Shown here in pieces: positions 1 to 10,319 of a stretch of DNA of 64,000 nt. The notes below the pieces were generated by a model. That model was given only the letters and a program-made list of their open reading frames with translations, did not search any database and was not told the DNA's origin. Within the stretch, counting starts at the first letter, position 1; each line of letters starts with the position of its first letter. Origin of the DNA: Candidatus Latescibacterota bacterium (lineage in GTDB: Bacteria > Latescibacterota > UBA2968 > SICM01); contig CBDCJO010000002.1 in NCBI GenBank assembly GCA_965217865.1, forward strand, positions 96,001 to 160,000, read 5' to 3'. The position numbers and the translations under genes were made by a program.

Positions 1-114
1 ATTTTGAAAAGTGGTCGGATCATAATCTATGATGCAGATAGAAACCGATACGAGATTCCAGACTATAGAAAGCTTGATGATGTTAGCCGGGCTCTGGTTG
101 AGGCTCAAATCTGA
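1..114 (+). CDS. C-terminal end of a DUF1854-like protein (runs off the window)
   Basis: Frame 1 reads ILKSGRIIIYDADRNRYEIPDYRKLDDVSRALVEAQI*, resembling DUF1854 C-termini. Confidence 0.5.
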   Translation: MLKSGRIIIYDADRNRYEIPDYRKLDDVSRALVEAQI

Positions 115-243
115 TAACTCGGCTGATGACGAACTGTAGGGATAAGTGCCCAGCCTATCTCAGTATATTGATGAGAAGGCGGTGAATATGAATCGCTACT
201 ATTTAAAGAAGGTGAAGGGTAACCTTGGCCTTGTAGATGGGCG

Positions 244-1356
244 ATGCTTAAAAGAAGAAGATCCAGACGCAAGCGCCGAATCTTAAATTGGATCCTTGGG
301 ATCCTGTCTGGTGTCTTTTTTGTTTTGACGCTTCTCTGGTTTATCCCGATTAATGATGTGGTAATGGCAACCGGTGTGGTGGAGCCTGGAGGAAAGGTCT
401 TCATTGACTCTCCCTTAAGGGGCATTGTCAAGAAAGTATATGCTCATGAAGGCTCACAAGTAAAAGAGGGGCAGATTGTTGCTCAACTTAATGACAAAGG
501 CTTGAAATCCGAGGTGGTCATAGCGAAGGATGACTTCAATCATGCAAGTGCAAACTTGGACATGGCACGGGCCAAGCTTGACCAACTGAAGGAACAGCCT
601 TTTCCAGAAGATGTTCGCATGGCGGAAGTCCGCCTCAGGGCCGCACAAATTTACCTTGAAGCCGAACGCAAAAAGTTAGCCCGTGCTGACAGCTTGTGGG
701 TTCGAAATTTCATTACATTGTCTGATATGGAAACAGCAAGGACACATTATGAACTGGCAAGGTCCGATTTTGACATTACTGTCGAAAATCTAAAATCAAC
801 ACAACAAGGCCCATCGAGTTCCCAAATTCGAGGAGCTCAGGCCGAGGTTAAAGCTGCCGAGGCCTTTTTAGTTAAAGCCCAACATAACCTTGAAGTTGCT
901 CAGGAAATGCTCGCAAGCGCCACACTTCGGTCCCCAGAATACGGTGTTGTAATACGCGTCGATCTCCTTCCTGGAATGCTAGCAGATCAAGGAGATGTTG
1001 TCATGGTTATCGCTTCTGGCAATGAATCCTTTCTCAAAGGATGGGTCAAAGAGATTAATATTTGGAAGGTCAAAAAGGGACAACCCGTTGAGATTCTTAG
1101 CAATGTATTCTCAAACCGGGAGGCTTTTCTCTCAACAGGTGAAGTCGTTCAGGTATATCCCTATGGGGTAAGTGGAGGAGGGGAACGTGCCTTTGAGATT
1201 TTGATCAAGATTGAAGATGCAGTTATTCCTCCCCCTCTTGGGTCCACTGGCGATGCTAGGGTCATTGTAGGGAAGCGAGGTATCCTAAAGATATGGCTAG
1301 GTATTGAAAACGATATAGAAAAATTTGTTACGCAGGATGGATCGAATCTCCAATAA
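244..1356 (+). CDS. HlyD-family efflux/secretion membrane fusion protein
   Basis: N-terminal TM helix, ATGVVEP...SPLRGIVKKVYAHEGSQVKEGQ lipoyl half-motif, long coiled coil, second half-motif LRSPEYGVV. Confidence 0.85.
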   Translation: MLKRRRSRRKRRILNWILGILSGVFFVLTLLWFIPINDVVMATGVVEPGGKVFIDSPLRGIVKKVYAHEGSQVKEGQIVAQLNDKGLKSEVVIAKDDFNHASANLDMARAKLDQLKEQPFPEDVRMAEVRLRAAQIYLEAERKKLARADSLWVRNFITLSDMETARTHYELARSDFDITVENLKSTQQGPSSSQIRGAQAEVKAAEAFLVKAQHNLEVAQEMLASATLRSPEYGVVIRVDLLPGMLADQGDVVMVIASGNESFLKGWVKEINIWKVKKGQPVEILSNVFSNREAFLSTGEVVQVYPYGVSGGGERAFEILIKIEDAVIPPPLGSTGDARVIVGKRGILKIWLGIENDIEKFVTQDGSNLQ

Positions 1357-1407
1357 TGAATCACTTTTGAAAGATAACCTCTCTATATAGATTAAGGCAT
1401 AGCCATC

Positions 1408-2205
1408 ATGGTATTAAACAATAAGATACATCGGACAGAGGTTGAAATAACTCTTATTATTTGTTCGAACGATCCCCAGGAAATTGCATGCGGGATCGGA
1501 GAAATAACCCAGATCGCAAACTTCAAGTTATTCCCGCAACATCCCAGGAAGATCCATGATATTTACCTCGACACAGATTGCGGGGCGTTACAAAAACAAA
1601 AACTGAGTTTTAGACTTAGAGAAATAGATGAAACTTTTGCTCTTACTCTAAAAGATCGTCCCCAACTAAATTATTGGGGAGGCAAGGAACGGCTCGAAAT
1701 TGAAGGTTTTTGGTCTATAAATACAATGTTAGAGATTATCAAAGAACTAGAAGTTAGGGGCGTAAAAGTTAATCCGCCATATCAGGATTTAATTAAGGTT
1801 TACCCATTAGAAACTTTGCACAGTTTAGGGCTAAAGATTATACAAGATCGGGAGAATTATAGAAAAGTTAGAAATGTTATATCCCTTGGTGAAGATAATG
1901 GAAAAGTACTCGCGGAATTGACAGTCGATTCTGTGGTTTATCATTTCAACAATCAAGATGTCTGCCATTACGAAGTTGAAATCGAAGAAAAATCCAAAGA
2001 GAGCTCAAAAGTTCTTAAGAGTATATCTGAAAGTTTGATTGAAATTTATGGGCCTGTGCTTCGCAAATGGACTCCAGGTAAGTATGTCACTGGTAAAGCA
2101 ATTGAGAAACTACTTAGAAATAGAAGTTTGGAAGGGTTGCTTAATAAAAATAAACTGTACCCATCAGCCTATAATAAGTTAGACGAATTCTTAAAATACG
2201 ATTGA
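1408..2205 (+). CDS. CYTH-domain protein
   Basis: EVEI N-terminal motif, DIYLDT, FRLRE, TLK, RLEIE, TVDSV, YEVEIE. Confidence 0.8.
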   Translation: MVLNNKIHRTEVEITLIICSNDPQEIACGIGEITQIANFKLFPQHPRKIHDIYLDTDCGALQKQKLSFRLREIDETFALTLKDRPQLNYWGGKERLEIEGFWSINTMLEIIKELEVRGVKVNPPYQDLIKVYPLETLHSLGLKIIQDRENYRKVRNVISLGEDNGKVLAELTVDSVVYHFNNQDVCHYEVEIEEKSKESSKVLKSISESLIEIYGPVLRKWTPGKYVTGKAIEKLLRNRSLEGLLNKNKLYPSAYNKLDEFLKYD

Positions 2206-2255
2206 AGACTTTTAGAATTATGTAAAATTTAAAACGACTTTAATGAAGAGCAATA

Positions 2256-2334
2256 TTAGGGGCACCTGCCTTGTTCGCTCGAAATGGTGGGGCGGTGAAA
2301 CAAGGTTGCCGTCGTGGGGACGAGGTGCCCCTAA
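2256..2334. repeat. REP-like palindrome
   Basis: TTAGGGGCACCT...AGGTGCCCCTAA arms with internal CCTTGTT/AACAAGG pairing. Confidence 0.55.
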
Positions 2335-2504
2335 AATATTGAAACGAGAGGATCGGAAAACGGGAGAAACTCGCCAGAGCGTTAACAAAGGTGCTATCAT
2401 GAAATACGGAGCCAGCCGATGATCTTCTCTCCGGTTATCATTTGGCCTTACTGCGGCCTCTCAGACAGGTGCTAGGGGCTTATCTGGCCCGGACTTTACA
2501 AAGC

Positions 2505-3594
2505 AGGGGAGTTGCGTATCAGTTTCACGTAGAAGCGAAGGGTGTAACGCGATACGGCAGGAAGGAGTCACGCCGTATGAAGAAGATAGCTCCGAGTGAT
2601 AGATTGCGCAAGGAATTGAAGGAGTTCATCGAAGGACTCCAGGATGTCGAGAGCGCCCGGGACATCGAGGACGCCTTCACTGATGAGCAGGGGCGTTGCC
2701 TGCTTAGCCGCAGCAAGGTCAGCGAAGTCACCGAAGTCCTTTGGGAACAATACCAGGCCTTCCAGGAACGCGATCTCAGCGACTTTCCTCTCCTGTGCCT
2801 GTTCCTGGACGGCCTGTACGAGCCGCTTCGTACCCACGGCATCACCTGGGAGGCCGTGCTGTGCGCCTGGGGCATCACACTGGACGGCCGGAAAGTTCTG
2901 ATCTCCCTGGGTCTGGGCAGCAAAGAAAGCGGCGAGGCATGGCTTGAGTTCGTCCGGGATCTCGACCGGCGTGGTTTACCGGCACCCCTGTTCGTCACGA
3001 CCGGCGGAGCCGGTGGGCTTATCCAGACCATCGACCAGATGTGGCCGAAGAGTCTGCGCGGACGCTGCTGGGTGCATCGGATGCGCAACTTTGCGGCCAA
3101 GGTGCCCGATGCGCGCTGGCATGAGATCAAGCCGTATCTGGTGATGATTCGTGACGCCCCGGATCTTCAGGCCGGCCAAAGTGCGGTGCGAGAGTTTCTG
3201 GAGAAGTTCAGCAAGGAGTTCCCCGGTCTGTGCAAGTGTCTCACGGAGGACCTCGAAGCTCTCCTCGCACACCTCCAGCTTCCCTGGCGACTCCGGAAGT
3301 TCGCCCGCACCACCAACCTGATCGAACGCAGCATTTGTCGAGGAACGCCGCCGAACCAAAACATTGCCGCGATTCTTCTCCGAAAAGAGTTGCCTGAAGC
3401 TCGTCTATGCTGTTCTCATCCGTGCCGCTGCCAGGTGGCAGAATATCAACATCACGTCCACCGAACTGCTCCAGCTCCAGCTGCTCTATGAGGAACGACA
3501 GATCGCACCACCGGCTGAAATGGTAGCCGTTGCGTGAACCTCACTGGACCTCCAGTTGAAGGCTTGCATTTTGCACGACGCTTAAGACTTGACC
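2505..3594 (+). mobile_element. IS256-family element with degraded transposase (ATG 2577, stop 3537)
   Basis: LFLDGL, RGRCWVHRMRN, RTTNLIERS motifs; apparent internal deletion, TDG changed to TGG, frameshift near 3335; right end TTTTGCACGACGCTTAAGACTTGACC. Confidence 0.85.
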
Positions 3595-3599
3595 TCGCT

Positions 3600-4030
3600 G
3601 ACCTGAAGCCAGTGACAAAAAGGCTGATTCCCGCACCCTCGTGGGCGTCCATGTTCCACAACTTCCTCAAATACAAGGGGTTCTCTCTCTGGCGTGACGG
3701 TGAGCGGTTAGGAAAAGGGTGCAGATGGGGAGCCACATCTTCGACCGCCAACTTCGGCGGTCGTCCGTTAACGCAAGACCCCGTGGGGCAACCCTTTGGG
3801 GTCTTGTCGTTTCTGTCGTATTCACAAACACTTGTGCCACATCCTTCCCTCTCTGCCGATTCTCTGTTTCGAAGCGTTTCCCCCGGTGTCCGAGCACAAC
3901 CGTGGGGTTGCGTCCGCTGAGCAGAGATATCTCCTCCGGATTCTCTGATTCTCTGTTTTTCCCGTCGGCCTTATTTAACAGCCTGGTTCGACGTTTTGGA
4001 AGGTCCTCCGGTACGTATTCACTGGAAGCC
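3600..4030. repeat. Dispersed repeat: arm A + TGGGGAGCC core (3726-3734) + arm C
   Basis: Arm A recurs at about 19277-19414 and 20410-20549; arm C recurs at about 23740-24050 and 37479-37768. Confidence 0.85.
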
Positions 4031-4179
4031 GGACCCGATGGGTCCGGTCACCGGCCCCAGAAACACATACCGGATTTTGAAACGGATTCATTGGCTACAC
4101 GGGATTCAAGAGTTGACCGGATACGCCAATTCTCATATATTCTTTGTCGTGTTTGTCTGGTTTCCCTTGAAGAGAGATT

Positions 4180-4410
4180 GCGGTCTCTCAAGTGCAACCT
4201 GCGCATGCCACCGGTATCATATGTGTGAGCGATGGTTCTTTCCACCCGTTCTGCACGACTTCGGCGCAAGGCCTTGCCGCGATCTCCCTTGATCCGGCGT
4301 CGATTCGCATATACCGCGGCCTGCTCATCTCGTCGGCCGTTCCACTTGCGGCGTCCCCGATCCGGTTCTGAAATGTAACTCCGGATGCCGCCTTGCTTCA
4401 GACTGTACAA
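4180..4410 (-). pseudogene. IS1182/IS5-type DDE transposase, C-terminal fragment
   Basis: SYISEPDRGRRKW...AVYANRRRIKGDRGKALRRSRAERVERTIAHTYDTGGMRRLHLR. Confidence 0.75.
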
Positions 4411-5761
4411 TGCGCTGGTTGGTGGTCAACGCCTTGAAGACATTGAGCTGCGCCGGCAGGATGCCACGTTCCTGAACGCTTTGGGCGCTCAGCGTCTCCC
4501 GGATCCGACCACAGCAGGCGACTTTACACGTCGTTTCCGGCCATCGGATATCGAGACGTTGATGGATTGCATCAACCGGGTGCGCACCCGGATCTGGAAA
4601 AAGCGCGCCAGGGGCGAACTCAAAGAAGCCCTCATCGACATCGACGGCACCCTGGCCACCACTCTCGGAGAACGCAAGCAGGGCATGGCCCTGTCATACA
4701 ACGGTATCTGGGGATACCATCCTCTCGTGGTCTCTCTGGCGAACACCAGGGAGGTGTTGTTTCTTGTGAATCGACCCGGCAATGTGCCCAGCCACGACGG
4801 TGCCGTAAAGTGGATCGATCGCGCCATCGCGCTGGTCGCCCCTTTCGCCAAACGCATCTGCCTGCGCGGAGACACCGGCTTCTCACTCACCCGGCACTTC
4901 GATCGTTGGTCGGAAAAGGTCGACTTCGTCTTCGGCATGGATGCTTACAGAGGATTGGTCAAGATCGCCAAATCCCTGTCACAGAGCGATTGGGAGCCCT
5001 TTGAACGACAACCCAAATACCAGGTCAAAACCTCCCAGAGACAGAAACGCGAGAACGTGAAAGCCCGGATCATCCGGGAGCGCGGCTTCAAAAACATCCG
5101 ACTTGCCAGTGAACGTGTTGCCGGGGTTTCGTATCGTCCTGCTCGATGCAAGAAGACCTGTCGACTCGTGATCCTCGAAAAGAACCTGAGCGTCGAACGC
5201 GGCGAAAACGCCCTGTTCGATGACAAGCGCTATTTCTTCTACATTACCACCCGAAAAGATCTTACGGCCGCGGAAATCGTGAGGCTGGCCAATCGACGGT
5301 GCGATCAGGAAAACGTGATTGAACAACTCAAGAACGGGGTCAACGCCATGCGGATGCCCGTCGACAACCTGATGAGCAACTGGGCTTACATGGTCATGAC
5401 CGCCTTGGCGTGGAACCTCAAAGCCTGGTTCGCGTTGATGATCCGAAAGCGTGAGCGTCGCGATCAACTTCTGAGAATGGAGTTTCGCGCCTTCCTCCAG
5501 AATCTGATCTGGATCCCCTGCCAGATCGTGACCCGGGGAAGACAGATCATCTATCGTGTCTTGGGCTACAACCGGTGGATGACTGACTTCTTCCCGGCCT
5601 GGAACAGAATTAGATGGCTCAAACCGGCCTGACTGCCATGTCAGCACCTGTCGTCGTAACATCACAGGGACAAGTCCGTCCACCCCGGCTAAAACACGTC
5701 CGCAAACTCAGTTAATTAGACAATCGCATGCCGAAACAATCACAAAAACAGCCCAGACATC
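4408..5761 (+). mobile_element. IS1380-family element, 5'-truncated copy
   Basis: Near-identical to about 57204-58557; IDIDGT, RGDTGFS, ENVIEQLKNG motifs. Confidence 0.9.
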
Positions 5762-5879
5762 ATCTCGACCAAGTCACAAGTCTGAAATGCTCCAATGGGA
5801 AAGAGGGCCCGGATTGAATCCTCTTGACCTTTCTCGTGGCTAATGTACTCCCACGAGGCCTCCCCAGAAAAGAAGAGCC

Positions 5880-6680
5880 TTGCATGTTCAGGAGGTACTT
5901 GAGATGCGACGTACTACAGCACAGCTTGTTACATTGGCCAAGTATAACAGTCTAATTGCTGGAAGGACAACTAAGAGACGGTATCTATACGCGGCAGTAG
6001 TCTGGGGAGTAACTGTTGTTGCGCTTGTTCCTATCCTCGTAATTGCTAGCGGGCTAACGCCTTTTGAGTTCAGCCTGAAGGAACGATTGTACCTACACCA
6101 GTTGCTCTTTCTCCTTGTGCTCGTTCTGATGAATATGTTCTACTGGAGTCGGATTGGAGCGGATGCTTTTATAAAACCATATCATTTGATGTCATATCAG
6201 ATTCCACCTCTGAAGAGATTCATCCTGACGCTTGCCACAGGCCTAATTGAACCAAGGGTTGCTCCTTATATAGCCGTTGCTATCTTCCTTTCCCTATCAG
6301 CAATCCCTCTAGGTTTGGCTTCATCTGTTACAAGCTTAGCAGGATGTGTGCTCTATTTCTTGATCCTTGAGTTGATAGCAACTCACATCCAGTTCTTGTC
6401 CCCCCGAGTCATGCCTGAGTATCAGAAGCATTCTGCGCTCTTTGCATTTCTCCCATTCCTGATCACATTCACTTTGTTGCCCTTGAAGAAGCTACACATG
6501 CTCTTCGAGGTGCCGAATCCCATCACCTGGGTAGGCGATGCCACTACCTTAGCGATGGTCGGTCGCCAAAGCGAGGCATTACAGGACCTTGTTCTTCTCG
6601 GGCTATTTGCCGCAGGCTTGTTCTTCTTATCCAAACTCACGGCGCAGCAAGCAAATGATCTTCCTGCGGCACTTGAGTGA
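5880..6680 (+). CDS. Multi-pass membrane protein, probable ABC-2-type permease
   Basis: About 6 hydrophobic helices; lies upstream of an ABC ATPase. Confidence 0.6.
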   Translation: MHVQEVLEMRRTTAQLVTLAKYNSLIAGRTTKRRYLYAAVVWGVTVVALVPILVIASGLTPFEFSLKERLYLHQLLFLLVLVLMNMFYWSRIGADAFIKPYHLMSYQIPPLKRFILTLATGLIEPRVAPYIAVAIFLSLSAIPLGLASSVTSLAGCVLYFLILELIATHIQFLSPRVMPEYQKHSALFAFLPFLITFTLLPLKKLHMLFEVPNPITWVGDATTLAMVGRQSEALQDLVLLGLFAAGLFFLSKLTAQQANDLPAALE

Positions 6681-6780
6681 GAGCGCCGAGGTAAAGTAAT
6701 CTTGGATTAAACCCATTCACAACACCAAGAGTCAAATACACCGGCTTTCCATTTACTTCAAGTGGGATATCAAGTTCGTT

Positions 6781-7350
6781 GTGCGGCACGGAGCAGTCGT
6801 GTTCGGAACATCGCTCCTCATCTCCCTAGCCCTCTTGATTCTCGTTCAGCATAAGCTTCAATTTCACCCTGGGTTGATCGTTGTGTTGATCTATCTGTGG
6901 CTTGAACCATTCAGCGGTGATCTTAATCGGTTCCCCGGTGAGTTGTGGCGCTATCGGACTTTCGGGGTGAGAATCAATGAGGTAGTGTTTGCTAAGAGTG
7001 TGTCTTGGATTAGCTTGTCCGCCATGGCTGTGCTTTCCTACATCCTCTTGGGTGTGCTGTTTGATCGGAGCGGGGGCTCCACTGAGCTTCTTGAGTTTTG
7101 GGCTCTCACAATAACTCCGTTCATTACGTTCTGGGTCGCCTCGATTCACGTTTGGGGCATAGGCTGCTCACGAACGCTCTTCGCTCGATACACCATTCAT
7201 CTGATACTGATAGGATTGAGCGTGTTGCCATATGTGGTTGGCAAAACAATAGGGGGGTCGATCGCTCTTTCCTGGGGCATCGCGATCATGACTATGGTTC
7301 TGTGGCCACTTATATCACTTCGTGTTCCGGCAGAGGTAGACTTGCTCTAG
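6781..7350 (+). CDS. Multi-pass membrane protein, probable ABC permease
   Basis: Hydrophobic helices; operon context. Confidence 0.55.
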   Translation: MRHGAVVFGTSLLISLALLILVQHKLQFHPGLIVVLIYLWLEPFSGDLNRFPGELWRYRTFGVRINEVVFAKSVSWISLSAMAVLSYILLGVLFDRSGGSTELLEFWALTITPFITFWVASIHVWGIGCSRTLFARYTIHLILIGLSVLPYVVGKTIGGSIALSWGIAIMTMVLWPLISLRVPAEVDLL

Positions 7351-7436
7351 GCAGGGCGCTTCTTCTGTCCACTTTAGGGTAAGCACGGACGATCTGAGAC
7401 AGCTCGCCAGGACGCATTTCAGGGGGATTTACTCCG

Positions 7437-8216
7437 ATGAGGCCGATGGTATATGTGAACAATCTGCGAAAGGCATTTGGGAAAAATTTAGCGATAGATG
7501 GCCTCTCCCTATCTGTCTCAGAAGGCAGCATTTATGGCCTTGTGGGTCCTAATGGAGCTGGGAAGTCCACTCTCCTAAACATCATAGCAGGGGTCATGAA
7601 GCAAGACTCCGGCGACGTCAGAATAGGAGACTGCCGCACTCAACTTGGCGACCGCCTGGGAAATTCACTTGGTTTCGTACTTGATAGACCTTTCTACATC
7701 GGAAAACTAACAGCTTCGGAATTCTTAGACTTCTGTGGATCTATGCGCGGCCTTGAGCAAGAGGAACTGGAATCTAGGAAGAAGAGACTACTCTCATTTT
7801 TTGACATCTCAATGACAGATGATTCTTACATCGAGACTTTCTCAAAGGGTATACGTCAAAAGATCTCCATAGCTGCAGCGGTGATCCATAATCCAGACAT
7901 CTTGATTCTGGATGAGCCTTTTGATGGACTGGATGTGACTTCGACAGAATCCGTATGCAGGATTCTTAGACAGTCGAAGTTGACTGGAACTACAATCCTA
8001 GTCACTTCGCACATGCTAGAGTTAGTCCAGGGACATTGTGACTATTACGGGATATTGGATCGCGGAAAGCTCGTGTTCGAGTGCGAAGCCTCAAAGCTGG
8101 AAAGTCAGCTCGGAGATCGCGTGGCAGGCTCTCTCAGAGAGATTCTGCTTTCTGTGATCTCCACAGATACAGTCCGAGAGTCTCTTCCGTGGCTACAGAA
8201 TGGGGACTCTGAGTGA
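7437..8216 (+). CDS. ABC transporter ATP-binding protein
   Basis: GPNGAGKST Walker A, FSKGIRQK signature, ILDEP Walker B, TSH switch. Confidence 0.95.
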   Translation: MRPMVYVNNLRKAFGKNLAIDGLSLSVSEGSIYGLVGPNGAGKSTLLNIIAGVMKQDSGDVRIGDCRTQLGDRLGNSLGFVLDRPFYIGKLTASEFLDFCGSMRGLEQEELESRKKRLLSFFDISMTDDSYIETFSKGIRQKISIAAAVIHNPDILILDEPFDGLDVTSTESVCRILRQSKLTGTTILVTSHMLELVQGHCDYYGILDRGKLVFECEASKLESQLGDRVAGSLREILLSVISTDTVRESLPWLQNGDSE

Positions 8217-8462
8217 TGCTCTGGAGAAAGAGAGCTCATACAAGTACCAACGTGAATTAGGAGCTGAGAAATCGTGGCTCAGATTACGAGGCTCAAACCT
8301 GATACAGCTGGTCGTTGATGGCGCCCTGTTCGAAGATGGTGACCTGAAAAGGGCTGCCTGATCCATTCGGATACGCTCGCCCTCATCCACAACATTTGAC
8401 AATATCTCTGTCCGGACCTCAAATAATAACTTTTCCCGACAACGAGGGCCTTTAGATTAATA

Positions 8463-8621
8463 TCAACGCATTGCCACTTCGCTCCTCCCTTCAGTCGTCG
8501 CTCGGCCTTCGGCACACTTGCCTTTGTAACGGCAGTTGCTCGAAGGCGGGACTGGAGGCAACTGCCGCGCCAACTCCGGCTGCGCCGGGAAGGCAAGAGT
8601 CGGCAATGCCAAACGTTAAGT
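8463..8621 (+). repeat. attC-like long imperfect palindrome ending in core site GTTAAGT
   Basis: GCATTGCC/GGCAATGC, CTTGCCTT/AAGGCAAG and GGCAGTTGC/GCAACTGCC nested arms; GTTRRRY at 8615-8621 just before an ORF. Confidence 0.6.
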
Positions 8622-8674
8622 GCCATGCCGGGCCTGGGGGGTAGGCATTAACCTGTATCGCGGGAGCAAACAAC

Positions 8675-9400
8675 GTGATCGAAGACGAATCCAGGGCTAA
8701 TCTTGAAGTTGCACCCGTCCAGCAGGGCTACGCTCGCTGGTCTGAGACATACGATGTGCAGGACAATCCGCTGATCATCCTAGAAGAGCCCCTCGTGCGA
8801 TCCCTTCAAGGAGAGGTCCAGGGACTCAAGGTTGCCGACATTGGCTGCGGCACCGGGCGACATACGGTCCAACTGTCAGAAGCGGGAGCTCGGGTAACCG
8901 CAATCGACTTCGCACCAGAGATGATGGCACAAGCCATCGAGAAGACGAAAGACCAGGAAGTGCGATTCGTTACCCACGACCTGACGGAACGCTTCCCTTT
9001 CGATAGCGATGCCTTCGATCGCGTTCTCTGCTGTCTTGTCTTAGAACACATCCCTGATCTCGAACCCAGTGATTCGCGAGATGGCGAGGATCTGTCGGCC
9101 GGGTGGCTTCGTGCTCATTTCCGAGCTTCATCCTGCGATGTTCCTCCGCCGCGTTCAGGCCCGCTTTACGGATACAAAGACGGGTCTGAAGGTTAACGTC
9201 GAGAGCTATCGCCACCTGATTGCGGACTATGTCAATGCTGCCCTGAAGGCCAATCTCCAGATAGACCTCATCGAGGAGCATCTCGCTGACGAATGCCTGC
9301 TGGAGAAGTCTCCGAGAGCGAAGGAGTATTGGAATGAGTCCCGAGACGATTTCGATCTGGGGTGGCCGATGCTTCTACTCATGAAGCTTGGTAAACCTCT
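8675..9400 (+). pseudogene. Class I SAM-dependent methyltransferase cassette, frameshifted near 9065
   Basis: ADIGCGTGR motif I, FDRVLCCLVLEHI; continues in the second frame as IREMARICRPGG. Confidence 0.8.
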
Positions 9401-9404
9401 GTCC

Positions 9405-9449
9405 GGCCCGGCACATGGCGCTCAGGTTCGCAGCCGGCGAACGTTAGGT
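9405..9449 (+). repeat. Right half of an attC-like site (core GTTAGGT)
   Basis: ...GCCGGCGAACGTTAGGT followed by GGAGA RBS and GTG at 9480. Confidence 0.45.
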
Positions 9450-9479
9450 GCCACGTTGAAAAAGGCTGGAGATTCTCGA

Positions 9480-9980
9480 GTGCGTATCTGCACCTTCCAA
9501 ATCCCAATGGCTGCTGACGTTTCATCCAACGTCTCTACCATCTCGCGCTGCTTGTCCCTTGCCGCGCAGAGTCAGGCCGACCTTGCAGTATTCCCAGAGA
9601 TGGCTGTTGTCGGGTATGATTTCCACCTACATGGTTTGTTCCAACAAGAGGGTTGGTATTCTAAAGTTCAGGAAGGCATGGAAACACTCGCGGCGGACGC
9701 CAAAGAGCTTGGGCTGAAGGCATTTATCGGTACACCGTTTAGGATAAGTGGCGACTACCAGAATGCCATGGTACTGGTTGGTTCCGACAACGGCATTCGC
9801 TACGCAGGGGGGAGAAAGATCTGGTCGAAGGGATGGCAAAGATACGGATTCACGATGCCAGAAAGGAAAGATCCATTCCAAATTGCGGGGTATGATTTTG
9901 GCTTCGTGATCTGTGACGAAGTAAGTCATCTGGAGGAACTCAACGGCACTGGACTTGAGAAGAGCGATATTTCTTGCCCC
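9480..9980 (+). pseudogene. Carbon-nitrogen hydrolase (nitrilase family), truncated
   Basis: RICTFQ, ADLAVFPEM, K in GRKIW, FVICDE; reading degenerates after about 9975. Confidence 0.7.
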
Positions 9981-10319
9981 GCCACTTCGAGGATATTGAC
10001 ATCGAAGAGGAAGGCCGCCAGATCCATCGGATCTCACGAGGCAAATACGGGGTGGCAACGCTGCAAAAGCTAAAGGAGCTTATGGATTCTTGAGTAGGTC
10101 TGCTGGGCATTGAGGGTTCTTGGCTTCTGTGGACCCAATATCAACTCAAGCAAGCGGATGAGCAAAGACCAAGAGTGGAATTCATTTAAAATGTACGTCG
10201 AATGGAAATCTGAGGTCAAGTTGAATGATGAGTGGTTATAGGATCGGAGTGGGCTGAATCCGACCCCAGATTGGGTTGGTCAAGTTGCCATCATTTTTTT
10301 CTTGTTCTGTTAATCTATG

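Noticed and set aside
3600-4180. Repeat family as a group II intron, retron or DGR
   Set aside because: No reverse transcriptase, domain V motif or adenine-specific variation seen
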